The notes under the pieces are model-generated. The model saw only the letters and a program-made list of their open reading frames with translations. It had not been told where the DNA came from and did no database searches. Positions 1-8,639 of a stretch of 26,553 bases of DNA are shown piece by piece (position 1 is the stretch's first letter; each line of letters opens with the position of its first letter). The DNA comes from Gemmatimonadota bacterium (lineage in GTDB: Bacteria > Gemmatimonadota > Gemmatimonadetes > Gemmatimonadales > GWC2-71-9), in NCBI GenBank assembly GCA_003221005.1, contig QHTZ01000053.1:1-26553 (forward strand). Direction: 5' to 3'. Both the position numbers and the translations under genes were made by a program.

Positions 1-2
1 GA

Positions 3-653
3 AAACCTGAACTCTCCCTCCGGCACGGCGCCGTTCACGACGAGGTCCCGCAGGACGACGACGCGCCGCTGCCCGGATGACTCCGCGATCTCGAGCCGTC
101 GCACCAAGCCGTCGCCCCGGGTCACCCAAATGACGGCGCTCTCGTAGGGCACGTCGCTTTGCTTCGGCACGAGCGCGATGACATCCGCCACGCCGTCCGC
201 GAGGACCGTGTCCGCCTTCACGTAGCGCGTTTGATAGCGCTCGCGGGCGTGGTCCACGAACTGCCCGATGAGGTTCGGCCCGGTGGTTCCCGCCGTCGGG
301 ATCGCGGTGCGGATCACCTGACCGGGTGTGGTGCTCGGCGTGTAGAGCCAGAGGTGGTGCCCGTCCGCCACGATGCGATCACCCTTGGGTGCCGTGAAGC
401 GCATCTCGAAGTAGCTGGGCCGTCTCTGAAACAGCTTCCCGCGCGTCGTGTCTGGCTCCCCCACCAGCGGGTTCGTCACCACCTGGACGAAAGCGGCGGC
501 GAGGGTGTGGACGGAATCGAAGACGGCGCTCGCGCGGTCGAGGAGGGGGCCGGGGTCGACGGACTGTCGGACGGTCGGACTGACGGACCGGAGCAACGCC
601 GCCACGGCAAGCATCAGTCCGACGGTCCGACGGTCCGACGGTCCGACCGTCAC
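3..653 (-). CDS. lolA: Outer-membrane lipoprotein carrier LolA family protein (3' end runs off the window)
   Basis: Not in the ORF track because there is no stop in the window. Manual translation from GTG at 653 (GTGA overlap with the aroF stop) gives MTVGPSDRRTVGLMLAVAALL...TLAAAFVQVVTNPL...RGKLFQRRPSYFEMRFTAPKGDRIVADGHHLWLYTP...QVI...EFRF. This fits the LolA A-x-F-x-Q, G-x5-RP, IVxDG-x2-LW-x-Y pattern. Alternative start ATG at 614. Confidence 0.85.
   Translation of the reverse strand, partial: MTVGPSDRRTVGLMLAVAALLRSVSPTVRQSVDPGPLLDRASAVFDSVHTLAAAFVQVVTNPLVGEPDTTRGKLFQRRPSYFEMRFTAPKGDRIVADGHHLWLYTPSTTPGQVIRTAIPTAGTTGPNLIGQFVDHARERYQTRYVKADTVLADGVADVIALVPKQSDVPYESAVIWVTRGDGLVRRLEIAESSGQRRVVVLRDLVVNGAVPEGEFRF
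560..648. repeat. Two inverted arrays of 8-bp tandem units (CGGACnnn x4 and GTCCGACG x4)
   Basis: CGGAC at 560, 568, 576 and 584. GTCCGACG at 617, 625 and 633, plus GTCCGACC at 641. The two arrays are approximate reverse complements. Confidence 0.85.
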
Positions 654-1690
654 GCCCCCACCGACGCTGGCTCCGCCACGCGTCGCCCGATGACCTCTGC
701 GATCGCTCGCACCTCGCGCATCAGCTGGGCGAACTGGTCGGGGAACAGCGTCTGGGCCCCGTCGGAGAGCGCCGCGTCGGGATTGGGGTGGACCTCCACC
801 ATGATGCCGTCGGCACCCGCTGCCACGGCGGCGCGCGCCATCGGGATCACCTTGTCACGCAGCCCCGTCCCGTGGGACGGGTCGGCGATGATCGGCAGGT
901 GGGACAGCTTGTGGACGACCGGGATCGCCGAGATGTCGAACAGGTTGCGCGTGGCGGTGTCGAAGCTGCGCACACCGCGCTCGCACAGGATCACGTCGTG
1001 ATTGCCCTCGGCGAGCAGGTATTCGGCCGAGAGCAGCAGCTCCTCGATCGTCGCCGACATGCCGCGCTTCAGGAGCACCGGCTTCTTCGACCGGCCGGCC
1101 GCCTTGAGCAACGAGAAGTTCTGCATGTTGCGCGCCCCGATCTGGATGATGTCCGCTACCTCCGCTACCCAGCCCACGCCTTCGGGGTCCATCGCTTCGG
1201 TGCAGACGAGGATGCCCACCTCGTCCCGCGCCTTGGCGAGGAGTTTGAGCGCCGGCTTCCCCAGGCCCTGGAAGGAGTACGGGGAGGTGCGCGGCTTCCA
1301 GGCGCCGCCGCGCAGGATCACCGCTCCCGCTTCTTTTACCTGGCGCGCGGACTCGAGGATCTGGCGCTCGCTCTCGACGGAGCAGGGCCCGGCCATGACG
1401 ACGACCTCGCTCCCGCCAACCGTGGCCCCGCCGGGGAGGCGCACCACCGTCGGCTCGGGCTGCCACTCCCGGCTGACCTGCTTGTAAGGCTTGGTGACCT
1501 GGATGACTTCCTGGACGCCGGGCAGCCCCTCGAGCCGCGACGCATCCACGCGCCCGTCGTTGCCGACGAGCCCCACTGCGGTGCGTTGCGCACCCGGCAT
1601 GAGGCGAGCCTCGTACCCCAGGTCCCGGATCACGCCGACGACCCGCGTGATCTCCTGCTCGGTCGCGCCGTGGCGCATCACGATCAGCAC
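650..1690 (-). CDS. aroF: 3-deoxy-7-phosphoheptulonate (DAHP) synthase, type I-beta with N-terminal regulatory domain
   Basis: Motifs AGPCSVES, LRGGAWKPRTSPYSFQG, QIGARNMQN, LLKRG, LCERG, ADPSH, EVHPNP, LSDG. True start is GTG at 1690, behind a GGAGGA RBS; the ORF-track extension to 1939 overlaps the upstream gene. Confidence 0.95.
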   Translation of the reverse strand: MLIVMRHGATEQEITRVVGVIRDLGYEARLMPGAQRTAVGLVGNDGRVDASRLEGLPGVQEVIQVTKPYKQVSREWQPEPTVVRLPGGATVGGSEVVVMAGPCSVESERQILESARQVKEAGAVILRGGAWKPRTSPYSFQGLGKPALKLLAKARDEVGILVCTEAMDPEGVGWVAEVADIIQIGARNMQNFSLLKAAGRSKKPVLLKRGMSATIEELLLSAEYLLAEGNHDVILCERGVRSFDTATRNLFDISAIPVVHKLSHLPIIADPSHGTGLRDKVIPMARAAVAAGADGIMVEVHPNPDAALSDGAQTLFPDQFAQLMREVRAIAEVIGRRVAEPASVGA

Positions 1691-1695
1691 GCCGT

Positions 1696-2460
1696 CTATC
1701 CTCCTATCGTGAAGCGGTCGCCGTCCCGGGCGACCGCGATCGAGCCTGTGAACCGCTTGCGGGCGCCGGCGGCGGGGTCCGAAGTCTCTACCGGGGGATA
1801 GAAGTGCGTCAAGACAAGGCGCGCCGCGCCGGCCTTCCCGGCGAGTTCGCCGGCGCGCTGCGGCGTCAAGTGCATGTCCATCGCCTGCGACTCGGGGAGC
1901 GAGCATTCGGCCAGCAACAGGTCGCATCCCGCCGCCCACCGGGCGAGCTCCTCGCTCGGCCCCGTATCCCCCGTGTACACGAGCCGCCCCTCCGGTGCCG
2001 TGACGCCGACCGCCACGCTCTCAGGCGTGTGAGGGACGTGACAGGTCTCGAGGCTGACGTCGGCGTTCAGGGGAAACGGCTCCCCGTCCCGAACGTCGAG
2101 GATGCCGATGGGGAAACCGGGGTCCAGGAGCCACGAGCCGAACCCCTGGGCCAGCGCCTTGACGAGGCGGACGGTACCGGCGGGACCGAGGATGACGAGC
2201 GGCTCCTTGCGGGGGGGGTCCGTGGCGTGGCGCAGCGCGAAGACGAGCATCGGCAGCTCGCCGAAGTGGTCGGGGTGGAAATGGGTCACGACGACGTGGG
2301 TTACCTGTTGCCACGGCAACCCGAACTCCGCCATCCGATGCAGCGCCCCGGCGCCGCAGTCGAGCAGGATGCGGAGCTCGCCCCGGCCCACCCAGTGACA
2401 CGGCGCGGTCCGCCGCGCCGAGGGCGCGACGGTCCCGGTGCCGACGGTCACGAGCTCCAT
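1696..2460 (-). CDS. MBL-fold metallo-hydrolase (RNase Z/ElaC-like)
   Basis: GTG..P, LLDCG, THFHPDH (HxHxDH), YTGDT, AEC, H-LTP and LTHFYP motifs. Confidence 0.85.
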   Translation of the reverse strand: MELVTVGTGTVAPSARRTAPCHWVGRGELRILLDCGAGALHRMAEFGLPWQQVTHVVVTHFHPDHFGELPMLVFALRHATDPPRKEPLVILGPAGTVRLVKALAQGFGSWLLDPGFPIGILDVRDGEPFPLNADVSLETCHVPHTPESVAVGVTAPEGRLVYTGDTGPSEELARWAAGCDLLLAECSLPESQAMDMHLTPQRAGELAGKAGAARLVLTHFYPPVETSDPAAGARKRFTGSIAVARDGDRFTIGG

Positions 2461-2467
2461 CGGCGCC

Positions 2468-5400
2468 TTACACCGCTTCCAGCTGGCCGAGGCGGACGCC
2501 GACGATGGTGGAGACGCCGGGCTCTTGCATCGTCACGCCGTACACCGCGTCGGCCGCTTGCATGGTCCGCGGGTTGTGGGTGATGACAATGAACTGGGTC
2601 TGGTCCTTGAACTCGGACAGGAGCCTCGCGTAGCGGCCCACGTTGGCGTCGTCCAGGGGGGCGTCCACCTCGTCCAGGAGACAGAACGGGCTCGGCTTGG
2701 TGAGAAAGATGGCGAAGAGCAGCGAGACCGCGACGAGCGTGCGCTCCCCAGAGGAGAGCAGGTGAATGCGTTGCGTGCGCTTGCCGCGCGGCGCCGCGTG
2801 AATCTCGATCTCGCTGTCCAAGGGATCGTCCTCGTTGGCCAGACGGACGTCGCATTCTCCTCCTCCGAACAGCGTCTGGAACACGGCGCGGAAGTTCTCC
2901 CGCACCTTCCCGAACGATTCGAGGAAGAGGGTCTTGGCCGTTTGGTCGATCTCGCGTGCCGCCTGCTGCAGCGAATGGCGAGCGGCGACGAGGTCGTCGC
3001 GCTGGGTCATGAGAAACTCGAGCCGCTTCATCTCCTCGGCGTGCTCGTCGACCGCAAGCGCGTTCACTGGTCCCACTTGGTCTATCGCGCTCTTGAGCCG
3101 CTCGTTCTCCTGGCGCAGCCACTCGATGTCTCCCGGGACCTCCGGCGCCTCCGCCAACAGCTGGTCCAGCGGCTTGCGCCACTCGGCTTCCACGCGGGCG
3201 GCGAGCGCCTGCTTGCGCCCCAGCACCTGGGAGCGCTCGAGCTCGAGACGGTGCTCCTCCTCGCCGAGGGCGTCGAGCGACCTGCGGATCTCGTTGACGC
3301 CAGCTTCCGCGCGGGCGAGCTCCGCCTCGGCGCCGCGGACCCGCGCCTCGGCCTCTCCCGTGGCGGCCTCGAGCGCAGCGAGCGCGTGACGCCGGTCCTG
3401 GAGCGCGTCTTCCCACTGGGTCCGTTGGACGGAGAGCGTGGTCGCGTCGTGATCGAGCGCCGCGATCTCCTGCCCCAGGTCCGTCGCCTGCCGGCGTGCC
3501 ACCGCCGCCTCGTCAGCGCAGCGCGCGGCTCGCTCGCCCGCCGCGGCGCGCCGGGCCTCCACCTGAGCGGCTTCGACCTGCCAGCGCACGCGCTCTTCGC
3601 GCGCCCCCTCCTGCCGGGCCTCCAGGTCTTCGAGCCGGGCGCGCTCGCGCCCCAACCCCTCGTCCAGCCGCACGCGCTCCAGCTCCCGCTGCTCTAGATC
3701 GCTGTGCAGGTCGACGAGCCGCGCCTCCACCTCCGTCAGCCGGCGGGAGAGTCGTTCCACCTGAGCCAGGGCGTCGACTGCCTCCCGGTGAGCATGGGCG
3801 GCGGCCCGCGCGGCCTCGCCCTGCTGCGCACCAGCTTCGAGCGCCAACTCGCGCGCCCGCTCAGCGGCGGCGGCGGCGGCGGCGTAACCGGCCTCGGCCT
3901 CCGCAAGCTCGGCCAGCGCTCGATCGAGCTCGGCGGCGGCGCGCGACCGCGCCGCTTCGCTCTCCCCCACCTCGTGCTCCAGCCCTTCGAGCTCTGCCCG
4001 CCGGAGCAGCGGCCCACCGCCGGCACCGCGGCCGGCCAGGAACACCGCCCCATTGGCGCGCCGCAGAGCGAGTCCGCCGTCCAGTACCTCGTGTCCTGCG
4101 AGCAGGGCGTGCACCCAGGCGGCTGCGGGCCCGTCCACGCGGAGCTCGTCGCGCAGGGGATGCCCGTCCGCCCCCAGGCGCGGCCCCGGGACGCAGGGGA
4201 GGAGCAGCAGCGGGCCGGGTTGCTCCTTGGCGTGCCAGCGTCGGATCTCGTCGACTGCGGCCGCGTCGCGCACCAGCACCGCGTGGAGCCACTCGCCCAG
4301 CAGCCGCTCGGCGAGCTCCGCGTCGCTCCGGCTGGTGCGCACGAAGTCTGCCAGGGGCCCGACTACGGCCCCCTCGAACTGCGCGCGCGCCCCGAGCAGC
4401 GCCTGTGCCGCGGGCGCAAGGCCCACCCGCTCACGGTCGAGCTCGGCAAGCGCGTCCCGGCGCGCGGTGACCTGCGCGAGCGCCTCTTCCATCTGGCGGC
4501 GCACAGCACGCCCGCGCGCCTCGCGCTCCTTTGCCGCCGCCACGAGCCGCCGCGCTTCCTCCACGGCATCGGCCGCGGCGACCGCCGCGCGCGCCTGCGC
4601 GGCCGCGCGCTCCGCGACCGAGCCGGCGTCACGGGCCGCCACGTGGTCAGTGGCTTCGCGCGCCGCGCGCTCGGTCGCCGCGTGGCCGAGCTGCTGCTTC
4701 AGCTCGGCCCGCTCCCGCTCGAGCACCGCCCGCTCTCCCTCGAGCGCCCGCAACGCTTCCGCCTTGCGCTGGAGATCCTCCTCCAGCGTCCGCACAGCGC
4801 TGCGCCGCTCTGTCAACCGGTCGCGGACCTCCTGTTCACGCGCGGTGCGCTGCTCTAGCTCGACCTGTACGCCGGCGAGGTCCCGCTCCGCGGCGGCCTG
4901 CTCCGCTGCCGCGGCATCCCGCTCGCGCTCGGCCTGCGCTGCGTGGGCCTCCGCCTGGGTGCGATCCTGTCCGGCCTTGGCGCGCCGCTGGCCGGCGTTG
5001 TGCAGCCGCTCCGCGGCCAGCGCGAGGTCACCTTCGAGCCGGCCGATCTCGAGCTTCGCGTCCGCCAACCGGCGCTCCACCTCCGTGCGGCGCGCCTCCG
5101 CCGTGTGACGAGCCTGCGCCCGGGACTCCCGCTCCTTCTCGCCCTCGGCGAGCCGCGCCCGAGCCGCCGGCAGGGCGACGCCCAGCTCGGTGGCGCGCAT
5201 GCCCAGGGCGCCGAGCGCCAGGTCGAAGTCCTCGAGCTCGCGTCGCACCAGGGTGAGCGCGATCCCGAACCGCTCTTCGATCATCTTCCCGAAGCGTTCG
5301 GCCTTGCCGCGCTGGCGCGCCAGGCTCCGCACCTGCGTCTGAACCTCGGCGATCAGATCTTCGAGCCGCGCCAGGTCCGCCCCAGTCTCCTCCAGCCGCC

Positions 5401-5935
5401 GCTCGGTGCTGCGCTTGCGGTCCCGATACAGGCCGATGCCCGCCGCTTCTTCGAACAGCGACCGCCGCTCCTCGGCGCGCTCCGAGAGGAGGGCGTCGAT
5501 CATCTTGGCCTCCATCACGACCCCGGCATCCGCCCCCAGGCCCGTCCCGCGCAACAGATCCTGGATGTCACGCAAGCGCACCGCCGAGCGGTTGAGGAAG
5601 TATTCGCTCTGCCCCGAGCGCGACAACCGGCGGCTGACCACGACTTCCTGGTACGCGATCGGCAGGGTGCCGTCTGAATTGTCGAACACCAGTGCCACCT
5701 CGGCCACATTCACGGGGCGCCGGCCCGTCGACCCCTGGAAGATCACGTCTTCCATCTTGCCCCCGCGCAGCAGGCGCGGGGATTGCTCACCCAGCACCCA
5801 CCGCACGGCGTCCGAGATGTTCGACTTGCCGCAGCCGTTCGGTCCCACGATCGCGGTGACCCCGGTGTCGAAGGGCAACTCCACCGCGCCCGCGAAGGAC
5901 TTGAAGCCCGACAGCTCCAGTCGGCTCAACCTCAT
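2468..5935 (-). CDS. smc: Chromosome segregation protein SMC (1155 aa)
   Basis: Starts MRLSRLELSGFKSF at ATG 5935 (ATGA overlap with the upstream stop). Walker A GPNGCGKSN, long coiled coils, hinge region, signature LSSGE, Walker B/D-loop CLLDEVDAPLD, QFIVITH. Confidence 0.96.
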   Translation of the reverse strand: MRLSRLELSGFKSFAGAVELPFDTGVTAIVGPNGCGKSNISDAVRWVLGEQSPRLLRGGKMEDVIFQGSTGRRPVNVAEVALVFDNSDGTLPIAYQEVVVSRRLSRSGQSEYFLNRSAVRLRDIQDLLRGTGLGADAGVVMEAKMIDALLSERAEERRSLFEEAAGIGLYRDRKRSTERRLEETGADLARLEDLIAEVQTQVRSLARQRGKAERFGKMIEERFGIALTLVRRELEDFDLALGALGMRATELGVALPAARARLAEGEKERESRAQARHTAEARRTEVERRLADAKLEIGRLEGDLALAAERLHNAGQRRAKAGQDRTQAEAHAAQAERERDAAAAEQAAAERDLAGVQVELEQRTAREQEVRDRLTERRSAVRTLEEDLQRKAEALRALEGERAVLERERAELKQQLGHAATERAAREATDHVAARDAGSVAERAAAQARAAVAAADAVEEARRLVAAAKEREARGRAVRRQMEEALAQVTARRDALAELDRERVGLAPAAQALLGARAQFEGAVVGPLADFVRTSRSDAELAERLLGEWLHAVLVRDAAAVDEIRRWHAKEQPGPLLLLPCVPGPRLGADGHPLRDELRVDGPAAAWVHALLAGHEVLDGGLALRRANGAVFLAGRGAGGGPLLRRAELEGLEHEVGESEAARSRAAAELDRALAELAEAEAGYAAAAAAAERARELALEAGAQQGEAARAAAHAHREAVDALAQVERLSRRLTEVEARLVDLHSDLEQRELERVRLDEGLGRERARLEDLEARQEGAREERVRWQVEAAQVEARRAAAGERAARCADEAAVARRQATDLGQEIAALDHDATTLSVQRTQWEDALQDRRHALAALEAATGEAEARVRGAEAELARAEAGVNEIRRSLDALGEEEHRLELERSQVLGRKQALAARVEAEWRKPLDQLLAEAPEVPGDIEWLRQENERLKSAIDQVGPVNALAVDEHAEEMKRLEFLMTQRDDLVAARHSLQQAAREIDQTAKTLFLESFGKVRENFRAVFQTLFGGGECDVRLANEDDPLDSEIEIHAAPRGKRTQRIHLLSSGERTLVAVSLLFAIFLTKPSPFCLLDEVDAPLDDANVGRYARLLSEFKDQTQFIVITHNPRTMQAADAVYGVTMQEPGVSTIVGVRLGQLEAV

Positions 5936-7152
5936 GGCGTGGTCTCCACCCGGGTGACGAGTGTCGCGCGGACGCCGGCCCGCTTGAGCCGGGCGCGTGC
6001 GACGGCGGCCTGCTCCGGCGACTCGAAGGCACCAACCAGCGTGGGGCGGCCCGCCCGTCCGCGCACCGCTGGGACGCCGAGCCGGCGGAGGCTGTCGACG
6101 TCGGCGGCTCGAGCCAGCGCGAACGAGTAGGGCGCCCGCAACAAGTCGCCCTGGCCTTTGGGGATGGCGCCGCGCCGCCACAGCGCCGCGCGGCCCGCGG
6201 CGGCTGAGTCGCGAGTCGGATAGGGCCCCGCCAGCACGCGATACCACACGCTGCGGCGCCCCAACGGCACGGGCGTGACGAACGCACCCGGCTCGAATGC
6301 CGCGACGCGGTCCGCGAGCCCCAGCGCTTTGGGGAGCGTTCCGAACGCCGCGATCTGCACCGTCCACGCGAGCGTGTCGGTGTGTGGTGGACGGTGGGGT
6401 GGAGCGAGCACTGCGGACGACGCTCGAGCTGGGACAGGGGGGGGCGCCGGGGGCTCGGCTTCCCTCCTGAGCAGTCCCCAGCCGCCGGCCGCGCCCGCCG
6501 CCAGCGTCACGGCCACGACTGCGGGGCGCGCCGCCCGGCGCCGCCGGGGCTGGGCGGCGGCTTCAGGGTGGGCGGGCGCGGGCGTCCAGTGCTCGCGCAC
6601 CACGCCGAGCAGCGGCATACCGCGCTCCAGCGCGGCGAGGATCCCCTGGCCAATGGATGACTCCGGCTCGAAGCCGTCCGGTGAGAGCACGATCAGTCCG
6701 TCCGGAATCGTGGACAGCCGGGCGAGCGCGCCGGCGGAGAGATACAGCAGGAGTAGTGCTCCCTCCGCGCGGAAGCCACCGTGCAGTTTCTTCCACCGTT
6801 CGTGTCCGAACACCTCGCCCGGGGTCGCGGTGTAGGACCCCGCCGCGATGAAGAACACCCCGTCCACCTGGTGGGCTGCCTTCGTCAGGGACACGCCGTA
6901 TTCGAACGCGTCCACAATGCCGTCGCTCGGCGCGAGTCCCACGGCCTCGTGGAGTCGCGGTTCCTCGATCCACAGGTCCACCAGCGAGACGCGTCGGTCT
7001 CCTACCACGGCGGCGCGCGCCACGTCCCAGGCCGCGTGAGCGGCCCACTTGAGGTCACCCGTCGCGGGCACGAGCGCGATGAGCGCTTGCGATTCGACGA
7101 GCGCCGGAATCAGGTTCGCGAGCCGCGAGCGAGGGAGGGGGCGCAGGGTCAC
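5932..7152 (-). CDS. Membrane protein: degenerate MinD/ParA/BY-kinase-like N-domain, TM helix, C-terminal SPOR domain(s)
   Basis: The N-part RRVSLVDL..EPRLH...GL...DGIVD...SL...VFFIAAG resembles the CpsD/CapB/MinD fold but has no Walker A. TM AVVAVTLAAGAAGGWGLL follows a basic patch. SPOR-like WTVQIAAF...WYRVLAGPY, plus a second partial repeat LVGAFESPEQA. Coupled to neighbours on both sides. Confidence 0.75.
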   Translation of the reverse strand: MTLRPLPRSRLANLIPALVESQALIALVPATGDLKWAAHAAWDVARAAVVGDRRVSLVDLWIEEPRLHEAVGLAPSDGIVDAFEYGVSLTKAAHQVDGVFFIAAGSYTATPGEVFGHERWKKLHGGFRAEGALLLLYLSAGALARLSTIPDGLIVLSPDGFEPESSIGQGILAALERGMPLLGVVREHWTPAPAHPEAAAQPRRRRAARPAVVAVTLAAGAAGGWGLLRREAEPPAPPPVPARASSAVLAPPHRPPHTDTLAWTVQIAAFGTLPKALGLADRVAAFEPGAFVTPVPLGRRSVWYRVLAGPYPTRDSAAAGRAALWRRGAIPKGQGDLLRAPYSFALARAADVDSLRRLGVPAVRGRAGRPTLVGAFESPEQAAVARARLKRAGVRATLVTRVETTP

Positions 7153-8576
7153 GGCGGGGGCTGGTAGATCCAGAACGGTCGCCCCAGCTTGCGGCCGATG
7201 GCTTCAGCCTGGTCGCGCGTCGGGTAGGGGCCGAGCACCACGCGATAGCCGTCGTCGGGCCCCTTCGGCTGGAGGATCCGGGCCGGGAGTCCCGCGCGGG
7301 AGAGCTGCTGGGCCATCTCCCCCGACCAGGCTTCGTTCTGGGAGGTGGAAAGCTGCACGTAGAGAGGCCCGCCGGGAGTGGCCGAGTCCGTCGCCCCCGC
7401 AGGAGCACCTGGCTGGACGTCGGCGAACGCGCCACGGTAGGCGCCACGCGGGCGCCACGCGGTGAAGATCCACAGGTCGCCGTTCCCCCCCGTCACGCGA
7501 CCGATCTCTTTGAGAGAGTCCGGACGGTAGGCGACGACGTCGCTCCCCTGGCCCACCACGAGGGCGCCATCCGGCGTGATGGTCGGGAGGTCCGCATTCC
7601 ATGAGGTTGCCACGCTCCCGACGAGTGTCTTGACCGGGAGATCGACCACCCACACCGAATCGCCGATCGACGGCCGAGCGAGGAGCCAGCGCCCGAAAGT
7701 GTCGAGGCGCAGGGTGGATGCAGGCGTCGGGAGCGCCACCCCGTCGATCTCCTCTCGCTCGTAGCGGTCGATTACGGCGAGACCGGCTCCGGTCCGCCGC
7801 CCCACATACATCCGATGACCGGACGGGGAGAAAGCGATCGCTCGCGGATGGTCAGCGAGTGCGATAAACGCCGGCTCGCGCCGCGCCAGGGGATCGATGA
7901 GGAGCACGCCACTGTCGCCGGCGACCGCCACGAGATCACCCCACCGCGTGGCCGCGACGTCGCCGGCGAGCGGGATGGGACGAGCTGCGGGGGGCTGGTC
8001 GGCCGCCACAGTGACGAGCCGCATGACGGAGGGGCGCGCCGGATCGCCCGCCATCACCGCCACCAGCCGCTGGTCTGCGGCGCCGAACAGCTCCCGCGGC
8101 ACGGCCGCGAGCGGCTGCGGCCAGACCAGGCGGACGCGGCGCGCCATCGTGGTCAGGCGGTGCTTCCCATCTACGGTGAACAGCGTCTCGTCCGGCCCGA
8201 GCGCTGCGAGCACGACGCCCGTCGCGACGGTATCGACCCGCCCTGTTTCGAGATCGAGCGACAGGACCTCGTCCTTTTCCGTGGTGACGAAGAGCAGCTC
8301 GGACTCGGGGTCGAGCCCGACGCTGCGGGCGAGCGGCGGCAGCCGGCCCCGGATGGCGGCCGGCAGCTCAACCAGCGTCGGGAGCCGGTAGGCGCGTATC
8401 ACGCCCCCCTTGCGGGCGAGGCGGAGCGCGATCGCCGCGCTGCGGGGGCCGGCGACGGGAGTCCGGCTAACTGATTGCGGTGACTGAGATTGTGACGACT
8501 GTGCGGCCGGCGCTTGGGACCGGCAGCTCCACAGCGCTAGACCGGCTACGAGCAGTCGCGAGCGGCGGATGGGCAA
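7149..8576 (-). CDS. Putative lipoprotein with beta-propeller-like body and C-terminal SPOR domain
   Basis: Signal RRSRLLVAGLALWSC, repeats such as AFSPSG, TITPDG and ALGPD, and SPOR LYVQLS...GYRVVLGPYPTRDQAE. Start uncertain: TTG at 8576 is preferred because it lies downstream of a candidate promoter; the ORF track uses GTG 8618. Confidence 0.75.
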   Translation of the reverse strand: MPIRRSRLLVAGLALWSCRSQAPAAQSSQSQSPQSVSRTPVAGPRSAAIALRLARKGGVIRAYRLPTLVELPAAIRGRLPPLARSVGLDPESELLFVTTEKDEVLSLDLETGRVDTVATGVVLAALGPDETLFTVDGKHRLTTMARRVRLVWPQPLAAVPRELFGAADQRLVAVMAGDPARPSVMRLVTVAADQPPAARPIPLAGDVAATRWGDLVAVAGDSGVLLIDPLARREPAFIALADHPRAIAFSPSGHRMYVGRRTGAGLAVIDRYEREEIDGVALPTPASTLRLDTFGRWLLARPSIGDSVWVVDLPVKTLVGSVATSWNADLPTITPDGALVVGQGSDVVAYRPDSLKEIGRVTGGNGDLWIFTAWRPRGAYRGAFADVQPGAPAGATDSATPGGPLYVQLSTSQNEAWSGEMAQQLSRAGLPARILQPKGPDDGYRVVLGPYPTRDQAEAIGRKLGRPFWIYQPPP

Positions 8577-8577
8577 A

Positions 8578-8614
8578 GGGCCTCGCCGGACAAGATAGGC
8601 AACCGGCGAGGCCC
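8578..8614 (-). terminator. Perfect 12-bp inverted repeat; possible terminator after the Omp85 gene, or operator
   Basis: GGGCCTCGCCGG (8578-8589) and CCGGCGAGGCCC (8603-8614) with a 13-nt loop. Only a short TTT tail on the minus strand. Confidence 0.5.
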
Positions 8615-8620
8615 ACACAA
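8592..8620 (-). promoter_or_regulatory. Candidate sigma70 promoter for the SPOR-SPOR-smc operon
   Basis: Minus strand TTGTGT-17 nt-TATCTT. Confidence 0.45.
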
Positions 8621-8639
8621 GTGTTTTAGGGACGCGGAG

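Noticed and set aside
8468-8502. Lower-GC TGA/GACT quasi-repeat encoding QSSQSQSPQS
   Set aside because: Too degenerate to define a unit; consistent with an ordinary lipoprotein tether.
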